In this document: in pieces, positions 1 to 10,006 of the stretch
Layout: every line of letters begins with the position of its first letter
How positions within the stretch are numbered: position 1 is the stretch's first letter
Source of the DNA: Candidatus Latescibacterota bacterium
Lineage (GTDB): Bacteria; Latescibacterota; CBDEFO01
Direction: 5' to 3'
DNA: 64,000 bases
Assembly (NCBI GenBank): GCA_965237525.1
Contig: CBDEFO010000008.1
Span: 864,001 to 928,000 of the forward strand
Position numbers and translations under genes: made by a program
Notes under the pieces: generated by a model
Databases searched by the model: none
Seen by the model: the letters and a program-made list of their open reading frames with translations, nothing else
Told to the model about the DNA's origin: nothing

Positions 1-309
1 GGATCATTCGAACAACTAATTCAGGATCAATACCGGGTCTGCCATTGTCAGGGCAATAACAATCTGATACAACGTCTCGTACAAATGAAAAATCAACTGC
101 CTCATCAATCTGACGAAGGATATGATCCTCGGGAACTAAATCCTCCATCTGAAAATAGTGAAACATCGGATTTGTCTGTTCCTGCTTTTGTGGGGTCATT
201 GTTTCCTCCATGTATAATATTATCAATAACATAATATAATACATCGGAACTGCTTTATCAATGCTTGTTCTATACTACTTTCTGAATCTAAGGGTTTTTC
301 ACAAGGCTT
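1..309 (-). mobile_element. IS1182-family element, left end (copy 1, truncated by window start; transposase 5' end at <1..199)
   Basis: Reverse complement of the left end of the elements at 7413 and 18438, including IR AAGCCTTGTGAAA and codons MTPQKQEQ...; flanked by TTAA at 310-313. Confidence 0.93.
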
Positions 310-374
310 TTAATTTATTGTAAATTCTCACAGTGCTGGCGTTTTCGTAAGAGCCAGGTTACGCGGCCCGCGAG

Positions 375-398
375 AGGGCGAGTGAACCTCGCCCCTAC
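375..398. repeat. GTAG-type REP-like palindrome (GGGCGAG-TGAAC-CTCGCCCCTAC); related copies at 495-506, 2213-2233, 9602-9623
   Basis: Short GC-rich hairpin ending in CCCCTAC (GTAGGGG on the other strand), recurring in intergenic positions. Confidence 0.6.
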
Positions 399-502
399 AT
401 GCATCGTTACGGCGTGGAGGGAACAAGCCATCCCCGATAGGTTCATTCGGGGAAGTGGTTCGCCCGATTTTCCGTATTTTTAGTGCAGACAGGTGCGTGC
501 CC

Positions 503-730
503 CTACAGATTTATCCCTTCGGCTACATCTCTTCCTCCGGCGACGGCCCGAATAATCTCAACCTTGTCCCCTTCGACGATGAGGGTCTCGTCAAGCTTCT
601 CCTTGGGAACGACGGACATATTTAAGGCTACTGCAACCGCCTCCTTTTCTATTTCGAGAGAATCTATCAGGTCAGCCATAGTCTTTTTCTCTTCAAGCTC
701 GTATTCTTGGCCGTTCAGCGTGATCTTCAT
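503..730 (-). CDS. thiS: Sulfur carrier protein ThiS (with 9-aa extension after the GG motif)
   Basis: MKITLNG...VAVALN..VVPK...GDKVEIIRAVAGG ubiquitin-like ThiS signature; downstream of thiO and a TPP riboswitch. Confidence 0.9.
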   Translation of the reverse strand: MKITLNGQEYELEEKKTMADLIDSLEIEKEAVAVALNMSVVPKEKLDETLIVEGDKVEIIRAVAGGRDVAEGINL

Positions 731-814
731 GATATCTTATTGGTGGTTTAACAAGCTGACAGCATAAGGAGAAGCGAAGCCGAACCAATCTCCCAGTTTT
801 CAGACTAATGTCCA

Positions 815-1972
815 CTAATTTTGGGCGTTAAATCTGCTGAGCAAAAAGGGCTCCAGTGGGAAAGACGTATCTCCGGTCGTTATCAGGTCACAGCTGAGCT
901 GCCCAGTTATGGGGGCCAGCAGGATGCCGTTTCGATAGTGACCTACAGCCATTATCAACCCCGCAAGCTCCGTAGCCCCCAGTATCGGGAGTTCGTCCGG
1001 CGTGCCGGGCCTCAATCCCGCATATGTGGAGGAAAGAGAACAGTTTTTCAATACGGGAGCCATCTCGAGTGCGCCGTTAAGGAGATAAGAGACTCCCTCT
1101 GCCGTCACGCGCTTGTCATACCCCGCCTCCTCGACGGTGGAGCCGACAACCAGTTGGCCGTTCAGTTTGGGAGCAAAATATCTCTTGGAATAGATAACGT
1201 GCTGGAATAGGGGCTCGGACCCCATATCCAATGCCAGAATCTGGCCCTTAACAGGCCTGACAGGAGGCCTTAAGCTTTCGTCAACTCCGCCTATAGTATT
1301 AGCCCAGCTTCCGGCGGCGTTTACGACCGTCTCACAGGTGAAGTCGCCGCCGGTCGTCCGAACCCCTGTGACTTTAGATCCTTGAGACATACTAGATCCG
1401 TGAGACATATTAGATCCTTTGGACATAATGGACAGGGCCTGGACTCCCTGCACGATCTCCACCCCCGTATTTATGGCTGCAAGGGACAGGGCATAAGACA
1501 GCTTCCGGTTTTCAACTTGACGATCCCATGGGAAATACAGGGCGCCCCGGATATCGGGGGACAGGTTGGGTTCCAGCTTCAGGACTTCGTCGGACGTAAG
1601 TTCCTGGCCCGGCAGCCCGCTCTGGAACTGCCAACCGTAATCTATCTTCAGTCTTTCATATTCCGCCTCGTTAAAGCCCGGCATAATCGCGCCCTGGGTG
1701 CGATATTCGACGTCCACTCCAGTTTCGTCCTTCAACTGTTCACAGAAATCCGGGTAGAGTTCTCTGCTTTTAAGCAGAAGGTCAAAGAAGGCCTCATGCT
1801 TGATGTTCTCGCACTGAGGGGCGAGCATCCCTGCGGCTGCCCAGGAGGCTTCGCTGCCCGGCTGTGACCTCTCCAGGAGTATGGCGCTTACTCCGCGGCT
1901 GGCAAGCTGTCGGGCTATGGCGAGCCCTATGACTCCTCCTCCGATTACGATCACGTCAGATGTCTTCATCAC
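815..1972 (-). CDS. thiO: Glycine oxidase ThiO
   Basis: GGGVIG FAD motif, ASWAAAGML, PVKGQ, GLRP, GHYRNGILLAP motifs; thiamine context. Confidence 0.93.
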   Translation of the reverse strand: MMKTSDVIVIGGGVIGLAIARQLASRGVSAILLERSQPGSEASWAAAGMLAPQCENIKHEAFFDLLLKSRELYPDFCEQLKDETGVDVEYRTQGAIMPGFNEAEYERLKIDYGWQFQSGLPGQELTSDEVLKLEPNLSPDIRGALYFPWDRQVENRKLSYALSLAAINTGVEIVQGVQALSIMSKGSNMSHGSSMSQGSKVTGVRTTGGDFTCETVVNAAGSWANTIGGVDESLRPPVRPVKGQILALDMGSEPLFQHVIYSKRYFAPKLNGQLVVGSTVEEAGYDKRVTAEGVSYLLNGALEMAPVLKNCSLSSTYAGLRPGTPDELPILGATELAGLIMAVGHYRNGILLAPITGQLSCDLITTGDTSFPLEPFLLSRFNAQN

Positions 1973-1991
1973 AGGTTATCTCTGTGCGCAT

Positions 1992-2063
1992 AAAAAAGCC
2001 GCTTCTCTGTCTCCGAAGAGCATCGAAGAACCCTCTTGGGCCCTTTGGAGGGAAGCGGCAAAA
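1992..2063 (-). terminator. Intrinsic terminator / expression platform of the TPP riboswitch
   Basis: Minus strand GCCGCTTC...GAAGCGGC stem followed by a T-run, between aptamer and thiO start. Confidence 0.7.
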
Positions 2064-2083
2064 GAAGAGGCTATATCTTTAGA

Positions 2084-2166
2084 CTGCTTCCCTACGCTGG
2101 CATTAACCAGATCAGGTTCAAGGGGTTGTCCGACAGGGGACTCTCAGATAGTTACACCCCCAGCAG
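2084..2166 (-). ncRNA. TPP (THI-box) riboswitch
   Basis: Minus strand CTGCTGGGGGTG...CTGAGA...CCCTTGAACCTGATCTGGTTAATGCCAGCGTAGGGAAGCAG matches the TPP aptamer consensus, upstream of thiO-thiS. Confidence 0.93.
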
Positions 2167-2475
2167 GCCTTTCAATAATAAACTACCAAGAATATAGACA
2201 GAAGGACTACCTGGGCGATGAAATCGCCCCTACTTTATAATAAGCATTTTGCCTCGAATTATCAAGGGGAAAATTGATTTGATGTACAGTCGAAGATCAG
2301 AATCCTCAAGCGTGTCAGTCTATCTGGACACAGGTGAATATTCTCTACGTATCCAGTCAAAATAGTCATTATATCGTATGTCCTATTTGGTTCTCTGTTC
2401 CGTGCCTCTGAAACACATAAGCCCCTATCTCATAAAGTCCAGCTTCCTGGTCTTAACAAATCCATCCGTCTCTAA

Positions 2476-4521
2476 CTATAAAAACTCTCCCGTCCTGCCG
2501 AAGTTATCCAGAAAAATCACAAAGTCGGACAGACCGATCTCTTCGTTACTATCCAAATCAAATGTGGGATCCCAATCGGCTGAACTGGCATCCGCCCCGA
2601 ATACATCCAGAAAAAAGACAAAATCGGAAAGACCTACCTTGTTGTCACCGTCAAAATCTCCTACAAGGTCAGGGACGACAACTGTGAAATTAAGCGTCAT
2701 TGAACGCAAAGTAGCAAATCCAAAAGGATCGTCCGTCAGCAAGGTAGCTTGTATCATAACGTATTTTCTGGGACTGGGAGATCTGAACCTGTCCCCCGAA
2801 CGCACATAGGCCTCACTCCAGCCGCTCCAATCGCTCCCTGCGACTGTCTCATCAACTATATCCCCCTTGGCAAAACTGAAAAGCTTATCATACGCCTCTT
2901 TTGCCTCCTCCTCGGTTCCCTCCAATTCCTTGCCTCTGAGATCGTCCCCTACCTTCCTGAAGTAGTGTTTTACCTGCTTGAGCGTATCACCTGTCTTCGT
3001 CTGAATAAGAACATCTGTACCCACCGGCGTATCTGCATCCCACTCCACCGACCTAACATTCTTTGACCCCGGAAGTTCAATGAAGGGGGATCTCCCTCCA
3101 AAGCTAGATACGATCTGGGCCTCCGGCAAATAGCCCTCTCCGAAAAATTGTATCTCCTTTATTGCGCCGCGTCCTCCCCCTCCCCATACCCCAATCAGAA
3201 CCCAGGTGAGGGAGAAGAATTTAGCTTTGGAAACCTCGAATTTCTGGTCGTGATATTTTGTTTGACCAATCTCGCTTTCGTAACCCGCCTCCGCCACAAA
3301 CTTCCAAGCTAAGTTCCCGTCAGGAGTCTTGGAACCGTCCGACAGCCACATGACGTAATTGAGAAGCGTGCCCTGAGCGTGCGTCCCCCCTAAATCCGTA
3401 ATCATCCGAACGTTATCTACAAAAAAGGCGCCTCCAAGATCTATGAGTAACTCGCGCCAAATTTGCACATTGTCCGGTGCCGGGTCGTTCTTATAATATG
3501 TCAAAATGTGGAACGCCGGTTTGATATTACCATCAACTACGTTCGGTTCATCCGGGGCTTCAGTGCTACTTAAAGTGCCGCCGCGATCTAATACACCCAA
3601 ACCGATGTTGTCGCCCACTGACCACACCTCCACCTCTGCTAACCTCGGTAGCGCCCGACGGTAATGGACTATAGGCCCTCGTTTGCTCTCATCTTCTATA
3701 GCCTCCCAATCCTCTTTCCCATCTAACAAACTTAACACTCCTGGAGATTCCTGTCTGAAGTACTCTATATCTCCCCTTTTGTCGGGTTCCAGATTCTCAT
3801 ACTCAGCCTGAGAGACCTGTCTCCCCTTACTGTAATTGCTAGCTGTTATTATCACTCCTACATATCTGATAACATCACCCGTAAACTCTCCTATGGTCCC
3901 GTACGTAGCAGCCTCCGTGAGAGTCAACTCGATCTCAAAGACCCTCTGATCCTTGATCAGCTTGTCCGTCACAAAGACCTGTCTGAATATGAGATTGTTA
4001 AGTGACTCTTCCCCTTGAGACGTGAAGACCCTAAACTGCAAAAATGGATCCCCAAGATCCTCCTCTACGAACTTGAAGACAACCTTATTTGCTGACACAA
4101 CCCGTCCTAAATCAATCTGTACCCACCAACTCTCTATAGGATCATCTATTTCCGGTTCCCAAAAGGTGTCCAGATCACCATCCATAAGGTCAAAGGCCAT
4201 TGATGCGTTAGAACCTGCCGCCAATACCCCTCCTCCATACTCAGATGCATTTGAGACAGCGTTGATGCCAGGAACTCTCACTATCTGGCCATCTATCTCT
4301 ATTTCTGTGCTTTTACGAATGAAGACGGGTCTTACTCCCTCATCAGTAATCTGGAGGGTCTTTGAGGCAGACTTCCAGCGAACCCAATGCTCGTTAGAGT
4401 TGATGACAACCTTGTCGTCCAAGATAGAATATCCCTGAGCTTGGACACGAAAAGGGAAAAGCAAAAGTACCAGCACAAGAATCGTTGAGCAGGTATAACG
4501 GATGATCTTAAGACCTCTCAT
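2476..4521 (-). CDS. Secreted protein with discoidin/F5-8-like regions and a C-terminal dockerin/EF-hand-like domain
   Basis: Signal peptide MRGLKII...VQAQ; LMDGDLDTFW and WWVQIDLG motifs; paired GDFDGDNKVGLSDF / DLDSNEEIGLSDF repeats at the C-terminus; start chosen by RBS. Confidence 0.7.
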   Translation of the reverse strand: MRGLKIIRYTCSTILVLVLLLFPFRVQAQGYSILDDKVVINSNEHWVRWKSASKTLQITDEGVRPVFIRKSTEIEIDGQIVRVPGINAVSNASEYGGGVLAAGSNASMAFDLMDGDLDTFWEPEIDDPIESWWVQIDLGRVVSANKVVFKFVEEDLGDPFLQFRVFTSQGEESLNNLIFRQVFVTDKLIKDQRVFEIELTLTEAATYGTIGEFTGDVIRYVGVIITASNYSKGRQVSQAEYENLEPDKRGDIEYFRQESPGVLSLLDGKEDWEAIEDESKRGPIVHYRRALPRLAEVEVWSVGDNIGLGVLDRGGTLSSTEAPDEPNVVDGNIKPAFHILTYYKNDPAPDNVQIWRELLIDLGGAFFVDNVRMITDLGGTHAQGTLLNYVMWLSDGSKTPDGNLAWKFVAEAGYESEIGQTKYHDQKFEVSKAKFFSLTWVLIGVWGGGGRGAIKEIQFFGEGYLPEAQIVSSFGGRSPFIELPGSKNVRSVEWDADTPVGTDVLIQTKTGDTLKQVKHYFRKVGDDLRGKELEGTEEEAKEAYDKLFSFAKGDIVDETVAGSDWSGWSEAYVRSGDRFRSPSPRKYVMIQATLLTDDPFGFATLRSMTLNFTVVVPDLVGDFDGDNKVGLSDFVFFLDVFGADASSADWDPTFDLDSNEEIGLSDFVIFLDNFGRTGEFL

Positions 4522-4623
4522 TATTGTCCTCCTCCCTTTCTGAACGGTGTCCCTGCCTTCCAAAGGGCACACAAAGTGCCTATTCCTGCTAACATTTCCA
4601 AAATCCTCTTCTTTGGAAGTATC

Positions 4624-7353
4624 CTACCTCATCAGTATCAGCTTCCTCGTCTTCACAAATCCATCTGCCTCCAACCGATACAGATACATGCCGGTTGCCA
4701 CAGCATGGCCTGTGTCATCTTTGCCATCCCACAAGACCTTATAGTATCCGTCCGTCTGAACCTCATCCACTAACACACGGACCCTCTGACCGAGCGTGTT
4801 GTACATCAAAATGTTCACGCGGGACGACCTCGGAAGAGCATATTCGATGACCGTAGAGGCATTGAACGGGTTGGGATAGTTCTGGGACAGGGAAAACGTG
4901 CGGGGCAGCAATCTCATCTCCTCCCCTTCAACGGCTGTTACGGTCCCAGGTCCAACGACGATGTGCCTCACCGTATCGCCCGTGATCTGCACCTCTTTAA
5001 TCTCCCCCTTCGACAGTCCACTTCCCGAAGGCGGAAGGACCGTCAGATCGTACGTCCCAAGGGCAAGTTTCATGCTGTAGGTGCCGTCTCTCTGCGCGCC
5101 CACAAGAGCATAGTTGCCGGTAGCCGGATCGTAAGCCTCGATTAAAAGGCCAGCTATACCGCGAGCCTCTTTGTCGGTCACCGTTCCAGACAGCGTGAAT
5201 GTGGATTCCGGGGATGGAAGGACGATGTCCAGCGTCTGATCGGCGCTCACTTCTACATCCGCCAACTTGCGTCCGACAAGGGCAAAGACGAGCAGATCTT
5301 CGACAGGGGCAAGAACGAGCAAATCATAAGTTCCGGGCAACAAGCGGATGCGGTACGATCCGTCAGAGGACGTCTGGGTGTATTCGAAGCTCGTAGGACT
5401 ATCTGCATAGACAGAAACATCTGCTACGCCTTTGCCCTCAGGGTCCGTCACCCTTCCGGAGAGAAGAAAGCCGGACTCCAACACGATGTCCAGAGACGTA
5501 TCCTCGGTGACTTCAATGCCCTCGATCATCTCCGGTTTAGGAAATTCGTCTGAAGAAACGTTGATCGAGAGACTATAAGTTCCGGGCAACAAGCGGATGC
5601 GGTACGACCCATCAGAGGATGTCCGGGTATATCCGGAGCCCGTAGGACTATGAGCGTCGACAGAAACATCTGCTATACCTTTGCCCTCAGGGTCAGTCAC
5701 TCTTCCGGAGAGGAGGAAGCCGGGTTCCAAGATGATATCTAGAGACATATCCTCGGTCAGCTCTATGTCCTCCATACTTGGCTTGGCGAATTCGCTTCCT
5801 GAAGGAACGTTGATCGAGAGACTATAGGTTCCGGACAACAAGCGGATGCGATACGACCCATCAGAGGACGTATAGGTGTATTCGAAGCGCGTAGGACTAT
5901 AAGCTAAGACAAAAACATCCGCTATGCCTTTGCCCTCAAGGTCAGTCACCCTTCCGGATAGGAGGTAGCCACTCGTCAAGGTGATGTCTAACGTCACGTC
6001 TTCCTCGACGTCCACCTCCGTAGAGGCTGGTCGGAGAAGGTCGCTTCCGAGAGGGGGAGTAACCTGGATGTAATATCGCCCCAGCGATAGGAGCATTGTA
6101 TAGGTGCCGTCTACGCCAGTTATAGCGGATACTCTGCCGGCTTGGATCTTAACGCCGGATACGGGCCTTCCCTGCTCGTCGGTCACCTTGCCCGAGAGAT
6201 TGGAATTCCCTATAATAGATATCAATAACACGGATACAGTAGTGCTGCGCCCAATAGCCGTAGCCAGGTCATTATCTCCATCTCCATCTAAATCAGCACC
6301 GAAAACTGAAAGGGGAAGATGTCCAACGAAATAGTCCACCTTAGGTGCAAATGTTCCATCTCCATTGTTCAACAATACTGATACACTATTGCCGTCCCTG
6401 TTCGCCACAGCTAAATCATTATCTCCATCTCCGTCTAAATCCGCACTGAACAGTGACCAGGGACGACTTCCAACACCATATTCCACCTTGGGTGCGAATG
6501 TACCATCCCCATTATTCAGCAACACTGACACAGTATTGCCGGGGCTAGTGGAGAATCCCCCGTTCGCCACAGCTAAGTCATTATCTCCATCACCATCTAA
6601 ATCTGCACTGAAAACTGAACGGAGACCTTCTCCAGCGTCATAGTCCACCTTAGGTGCAAATGTTCTATCTCCATTGTTCATCAATACTGATACAACACTC
6701 ATGACCAGAGTGCCGAAAACAGTTCTAAGTGCAGTCCCCTGATTAGCCACAACCAGGTCATTATCTCCATCCCCGTCTAGATCTGCACTGAACACTGATA
6801 TGGGATCACTCCCAGCGTCATAGTCCACCTTAGCTGCAAATGTACCATCCCCATTATTCAATAACACTGACACAGTACCGCTGGTCCGATTAGCCACAGC
6901 CAGGTCATTATGCCCATCTCCATCTAAATCCACACTGAAAACTGATGAGGGGTTACTTCCAACAGCATAGTCCACCTTAGGTACGAATGTTCCATTTCCA
7001 TTATTCAACAACACTGATACAGTATTGCTAACCCCATTAGCCACAGCCAGGTCATTATCTCCATCCCCATCTATATCCACAATGAATACTGAACGGGGAG
7101 CATGCCCAACGCCATAGTCCACCTTAGCTGCAAATGTACCATCCCCTTTATTCAACAACACTGACACAGTACCCCTAGGGTCAACCTGTGTGCTGGACTG
7201 ATTAGCCGTAACCAAGTCATTATTGCCATCACCATCTAAATCTGCACTGAATACTGATTGGGGATCCCACGCAACGGTATAGTCAGTTGCATAGGCAGGC
7301 GCATTCAAAGCGACCAGCAGTGTCAGGACAGCATAGGATATTCTCCAGCCCAA
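4624..7353 (-). CDS. Secreted FG-GAP repeat (7-blade propeller) protein with 5 carboxypeptidase-regulatory-like Ig repeats and FlgD/T9SS-like C-terminal domain
   Basis: Seven DLDGDGxNDL-type repeats, five LSGxVTD repeats, C-terminal LSQNYPNPFN...WDGKDDTG...GMYLYRL...TRKLILMR. Confidence 0.85.
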   Translation of the reverse strand: MGWRISYAVLTLLVALNAPAYATDYTVAWDPQSVFSADLDGDGNNDLVTANQSSTQVDPRGTVSVLLNKGDGTFAAKVDYGVGHAPRSVFIVDIDGDGDNDLAVANGVSNTVSVLLNNGNGTFVPKVDYAVGSNPSSVFSVDLDGDGHNDLAVANRTSGTVSVLLNNGDGTFAAKVDYDAGSDPISVFSADLDGDGDNDLVVANQGTALRTVFGTLVMSVVSVLMNNGDRTFAPKVDYDAGEGLRSVFSADLDGDGDNDLAVANGGFSTSPGNTVSVLLNNGDGTFAPKVEYGVGSRPWSLFSADLDGDGDNDLAVANRDGNSVSVLLNNGDGTFAPKVDYFVGHLPLSVFGADLDGDGDNDLATAIGRSTTVSVLLISIIGNSNLSGKVTDEQGRPVSGVKIQAGRVSAITGVDGTYTMLLSLGRYYIQVTPPLGSDLLRPASTEVDVEEDVTLDITLTSGYLLSGRVTDLEGKGIADVFVLAYSPTRFEYTYTSSDGSYRIRLLSGTYSLSINVPSGSEFAKPSMEDIELTEDMSLDIILEPGFLLSGRVTDPEGKGIADVSVDAHSPTGSGYTRTSSDGSYRIRLLPGTYSLSINVSSDEFPKPEMIEGIEVTEDTSLDIVLESGFLLSGRVTDPEGKGVADVSVYADSPTSFEYTQTSSDGSYRIRLLPGTYDLLVLAPVEDLLVFALVGRKLADVEVSADQTLDIVLPSPESTFTLSGTVTDKEARGIAGLLIEAYDPATGNYALVGAQRDGTYSMKLALGTYDLTVLPPSGSGLSKGEIKEVQITGDTVRHIVVGPGTVTAVEGEEMRLLPRTFSLSQNYPNPFNASTVIEYALPRSSRVNILMYNTLGQRVRVLVDEVQTDGYYKVLWDGKDDTGHAVATGMYLYRLEADGFVKTRKLILMR

Positions 7354-7412
7354 TTTGAGGTTCTCCTTTTCTCAGGTAGATTATCTAACCGACATTCCGC
7401 ATATCACATTCA

Positions 7413-8931
7413 AAGCCTTGTGAAAAACCCTTAGATTCAGAAAGTAGTATAGAACAAGCATTGATAAAGCAGCTCCGATGTATTATATTATGTTATTGAT
7501 AATATTATACATGGAGGAAACAATGACCCCACAAAAGCAGGAACAGACAAATCCGATGTTTCACTATTTTCAGATGGAGGATTTAGTTCCCGAGGATCAT
7601 ATCCTTCGTCAGATTGATGAGGCAGTTGATTTTTCATTTGTACGAGACGTTGTATCAGATTGTTATTGCCCTGACAATGGCAGACCCGGTATTGATCCTG
7701 AATTAGTTGTTCGAATGATCCTTATTGGCTATCTGTATAATTTGAGTGAGAATCGGCTCTGTCAGGAAGTGGGGATGCATGCGGCATATCGGTTGTTTTG
7801 TCATCAGACATTTGATGATGCGGTTCCGGATAGGAGCACGATCAACAAGCTTCGCAATCACAAGTGGGCATCCAGTGGGTTGTTTGAACGGATAATGCGT
7901 CAGGTAGTCCAGTGTTGCATAGATGTCGGTGTTGTGAGCGGTAAACACCTTAGTGTCGACGGCACTCAGATACAAGCTGATGCTTCAGTGAAAAGTATTG
8001 AGCCGATAGAACCCCCTGTTTCTCTTGATGATTATCTCAAGGGAATCGGTTTTGAAGGTGATAAGACAAAGGGTAGGTCCGGGCATCCTCAGGATAAAGA
8101 CTTTCATGGTGAAAAGTGGACGAACCAAACACACCGTTCGACTACAGACCCCGACGCGCGCTTATACAGCAAATCGAAGGGCAAAGGGGCTTTTCTCTCG
8201 TTTATGGGCCATGATCTGATCGACACAAAAAGCAGAGTAATCCTTGAGACTCAGGGCACGCAGGCGACAGGGACAGCAGAGCCCGAAAGTGCCCTTAAGA
8301 TGGTAGATGACCTTGAAACATACACCATGCCCAAAGACATTCAGACACTTAGTGCCGATACCGGTTACGGTTCTGGTAATTTTATCGCTGATGTACTTGA
8401 CCGGGGAATCATACCCCATATTCCTCTGCGAGCCGATGAGAAGATTGAACCGATTCCTACATGGAAAAACAAGACAAATCCAGCACATATTCAGGCCGAA
8501 CGGGATAGAAAAGTGCGAGAGGCGAAAGCCAGAAATCATGCACGGTCTATCTCATTAACAGCTGACTACAAACTCTCCCGGAGACTCCGTAAACGCAGTG
8601 AACATATCTTTGCTGAAGCCAGGCAACAACACGGTATGGGACGAGCCCGTTATAGAGGACCAGCCTCACTGAATGAACAGTTGAATCTTGTTGCAACAGT
8701 ACAGAATCTCAAGAGGCTTGTATCTTTCATAAGAAGGGGGAAAGCGTCTATGTGTGCCCTGTCTGTCAAAGACAGTGCATCCTGTTCTTCAAACAGCTCC
8801 TATTCCTTGCTGACCAGAACTCTGATAAGACTATTTTGCTTATTCCACAGCAAAACGATACGATATGCTTCTCTTTGACCCATAATCGGCGCTTCAGACG
8901 CTGCCTGGGACATAACTATTTCACAAGGCTT
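7413..8931 (+). mobile_element. IS1182-family insertion sequence (copy 2, 1519 bp)
   Basis: Terminal IRs AAGCCTTGTGAAA / TTTCACAAGGCTT; near-identical to 18438-19956; flanks TTCA / TTAG do not match. Confidence 0.92.
7523..8878 (+). CDS. IS1182-family DDE transposase
   Basis: LVPEDHILR, GRPGIDP, SVDGT, TTDPDAR, ADTGY, RKRSEHIFAE motifs; GGAGG RBS before MTPQ. Confidence 0.92.
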   Translation: MTPQKQEQTNPMFHYFQMEDLVPEDHILRQIDEAVDFSFVRDVVSDCYCPDNGRPGIDPELVVRMILIGYLYNLSENRLCQEVGMHAAYRLFCHQTFDDAVPDRSTINKLRNHKWASSGLFERIMRQVVQCCIDVGVVSGKHLSVDGTQIQADASVKSIEPIEPPVSLDDYLKGIGFEGDKTKGRSGHPQDKDFHGEKWTNQTHRSTTDPDARLYSKSKGKGAFLSFMGHDLIDTKSRVILETQGTQATGTAEPESALKMVDDLETYTMPKDIQTLSADTGYGSGNFIADVLDRGIIPHIPLRADEKIEPIPTWKNKTNPAHIQAERDRKVREAKARNHARSISLTADYKLSRRLRKRSEHIFAEARQQHGMGRARYRGPASLNEQLNLVATVQNLKRLVSFIRRGKASMCALSVKDSASCSSNSSYSLLTRTLIRLFCLFHSKTIRYASL

Positions 8932-8944
8932 TTAGTAAAGGTCC

Positions 8945-9403
8945 CTAAGAACGACAAAGGCCATCTGGCTCGCACTTTACTCGCACTTTAAGAGTATGGC
9001 CTTTCTTCCCCTTCCATTCATAGGACTCAATACGCTCCCACTTCAGAAATTCCCCGAAATGCAAGATCCCCCTTTCCCTGATCTCCAGCTTGGTCAATCC
9101 GATATAGAGAGAGATAGCTACAAGAGATAGGGACCAAAGACTCCAATAGAGAAGAGAGAGCGTCGGTGACTGGAACATCTCACCACCTCTAAATGTGGGA
9201 TAGAGAAAGATTGCTGCAAAGAAGATAGCCACAAAGAGACCCAAAATCAACCTGATTTTGGAACGGCCGAGATCCAGCATAACTGGACCTGCACGCCTTT
9301 TTCGCAGGACCCAGATGATAAAGGGCACCCACGCCGCTAGAATTAACACCTTTAGTACAATAGAGCCTATTATACTTCCAATTAACGGCATCATAGCCTT
9401 CAT
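8945..9403 (-). CDS. Small membrane protein (DUF5673-like C-terminal PH-type region), possibly truncated
   Basis: Three hydrophobic segments followed by EIRERGILHFGEFLKWERIESYEW. Confidence 0.55.
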   Translation of the reverse strand: MKAMMPLIGSIIGSIVLKVLILAAWVPFIIWVLRKRRAGPVMLDLGRSKIRLILGLFVAIFFAAIFLYPTFRGGEMFQSPTLSLLYWSLWSLSLVAISLYIGLTKLEIRERGILHFGEFLKWERIESYEWKGKKGHTLKVRVKCEPDGLCRS

Positions 9404-9713
9404 TCCTCAAGGTAAAAGAGCCCTGATTGTGACATCTTCTGCCCTAGTCTCCACAGTTTTTGCCGTCAGTATTCGTCAGGGTCGATCAATTAGGAGGGAA
9501 GATACAAAATAAGCTAGTGACTGTCAATAGAGGATCGGAAGTTGCCGCAGAGTTTACAGATCTCATCCTGGAGGTGATTGAGCCTCGATTGAATATCGAC
9601 CAGGGGCGGGGTTACCCCGCCCTTGCTACTAACCCGAATAATTCACAAAAAAGGACGTGTATTAATTAAGGGATTGTATTATATTATACTTATGACGTTT
9701 AAGCACCTTCGGT

Positions 9714-9901
9714 GTCATTGCGAGCCGGGGGAAAAGCAATCCCCCCGATAGATTTAATCGGGGGCCTGCCCCCGAAAGGTTGAATCGGGGGTTACTGTGG
9801 TAGATGTAATAGTCTCCGGCTCTCATAGGAGGTCACTATAAAACCTTGAGATTGCTTCCCCGATAGACTCAATCGGGGACCGCTTTGCTCCTCGCAATGA
9901 C
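9714..9901. repeat. Cluster of CGTC-type REP-like palindromes (GTCATTGCGAG...GCAATC / GAGATTGCTTC...CTCGCAATGAC) carrying nested CCCCGA-N9-TCGGGG hairpins
   Basis: Inverted pair at 9714-9741 and 9848-9901; 21-bp hairpins at 9743-9763, 9770-9790, 9858-9878. Confidence 0.7.
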
Positions 9902-10006
9902 TCCACCAAGTTTATGAATTAATCGGGCTAATTATCGAGATAATTCTGTAACGCTTATTAACTTATCTGAATGATACAATTTGTAGTTCCCATAATTAAG
10001 CTTACT

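Noticed and set aside
6280..7290. Nucleotide repeats as a non-coding array
   Set aside because: They are the FG-GAP coding repeats of the 4624-7353 gene
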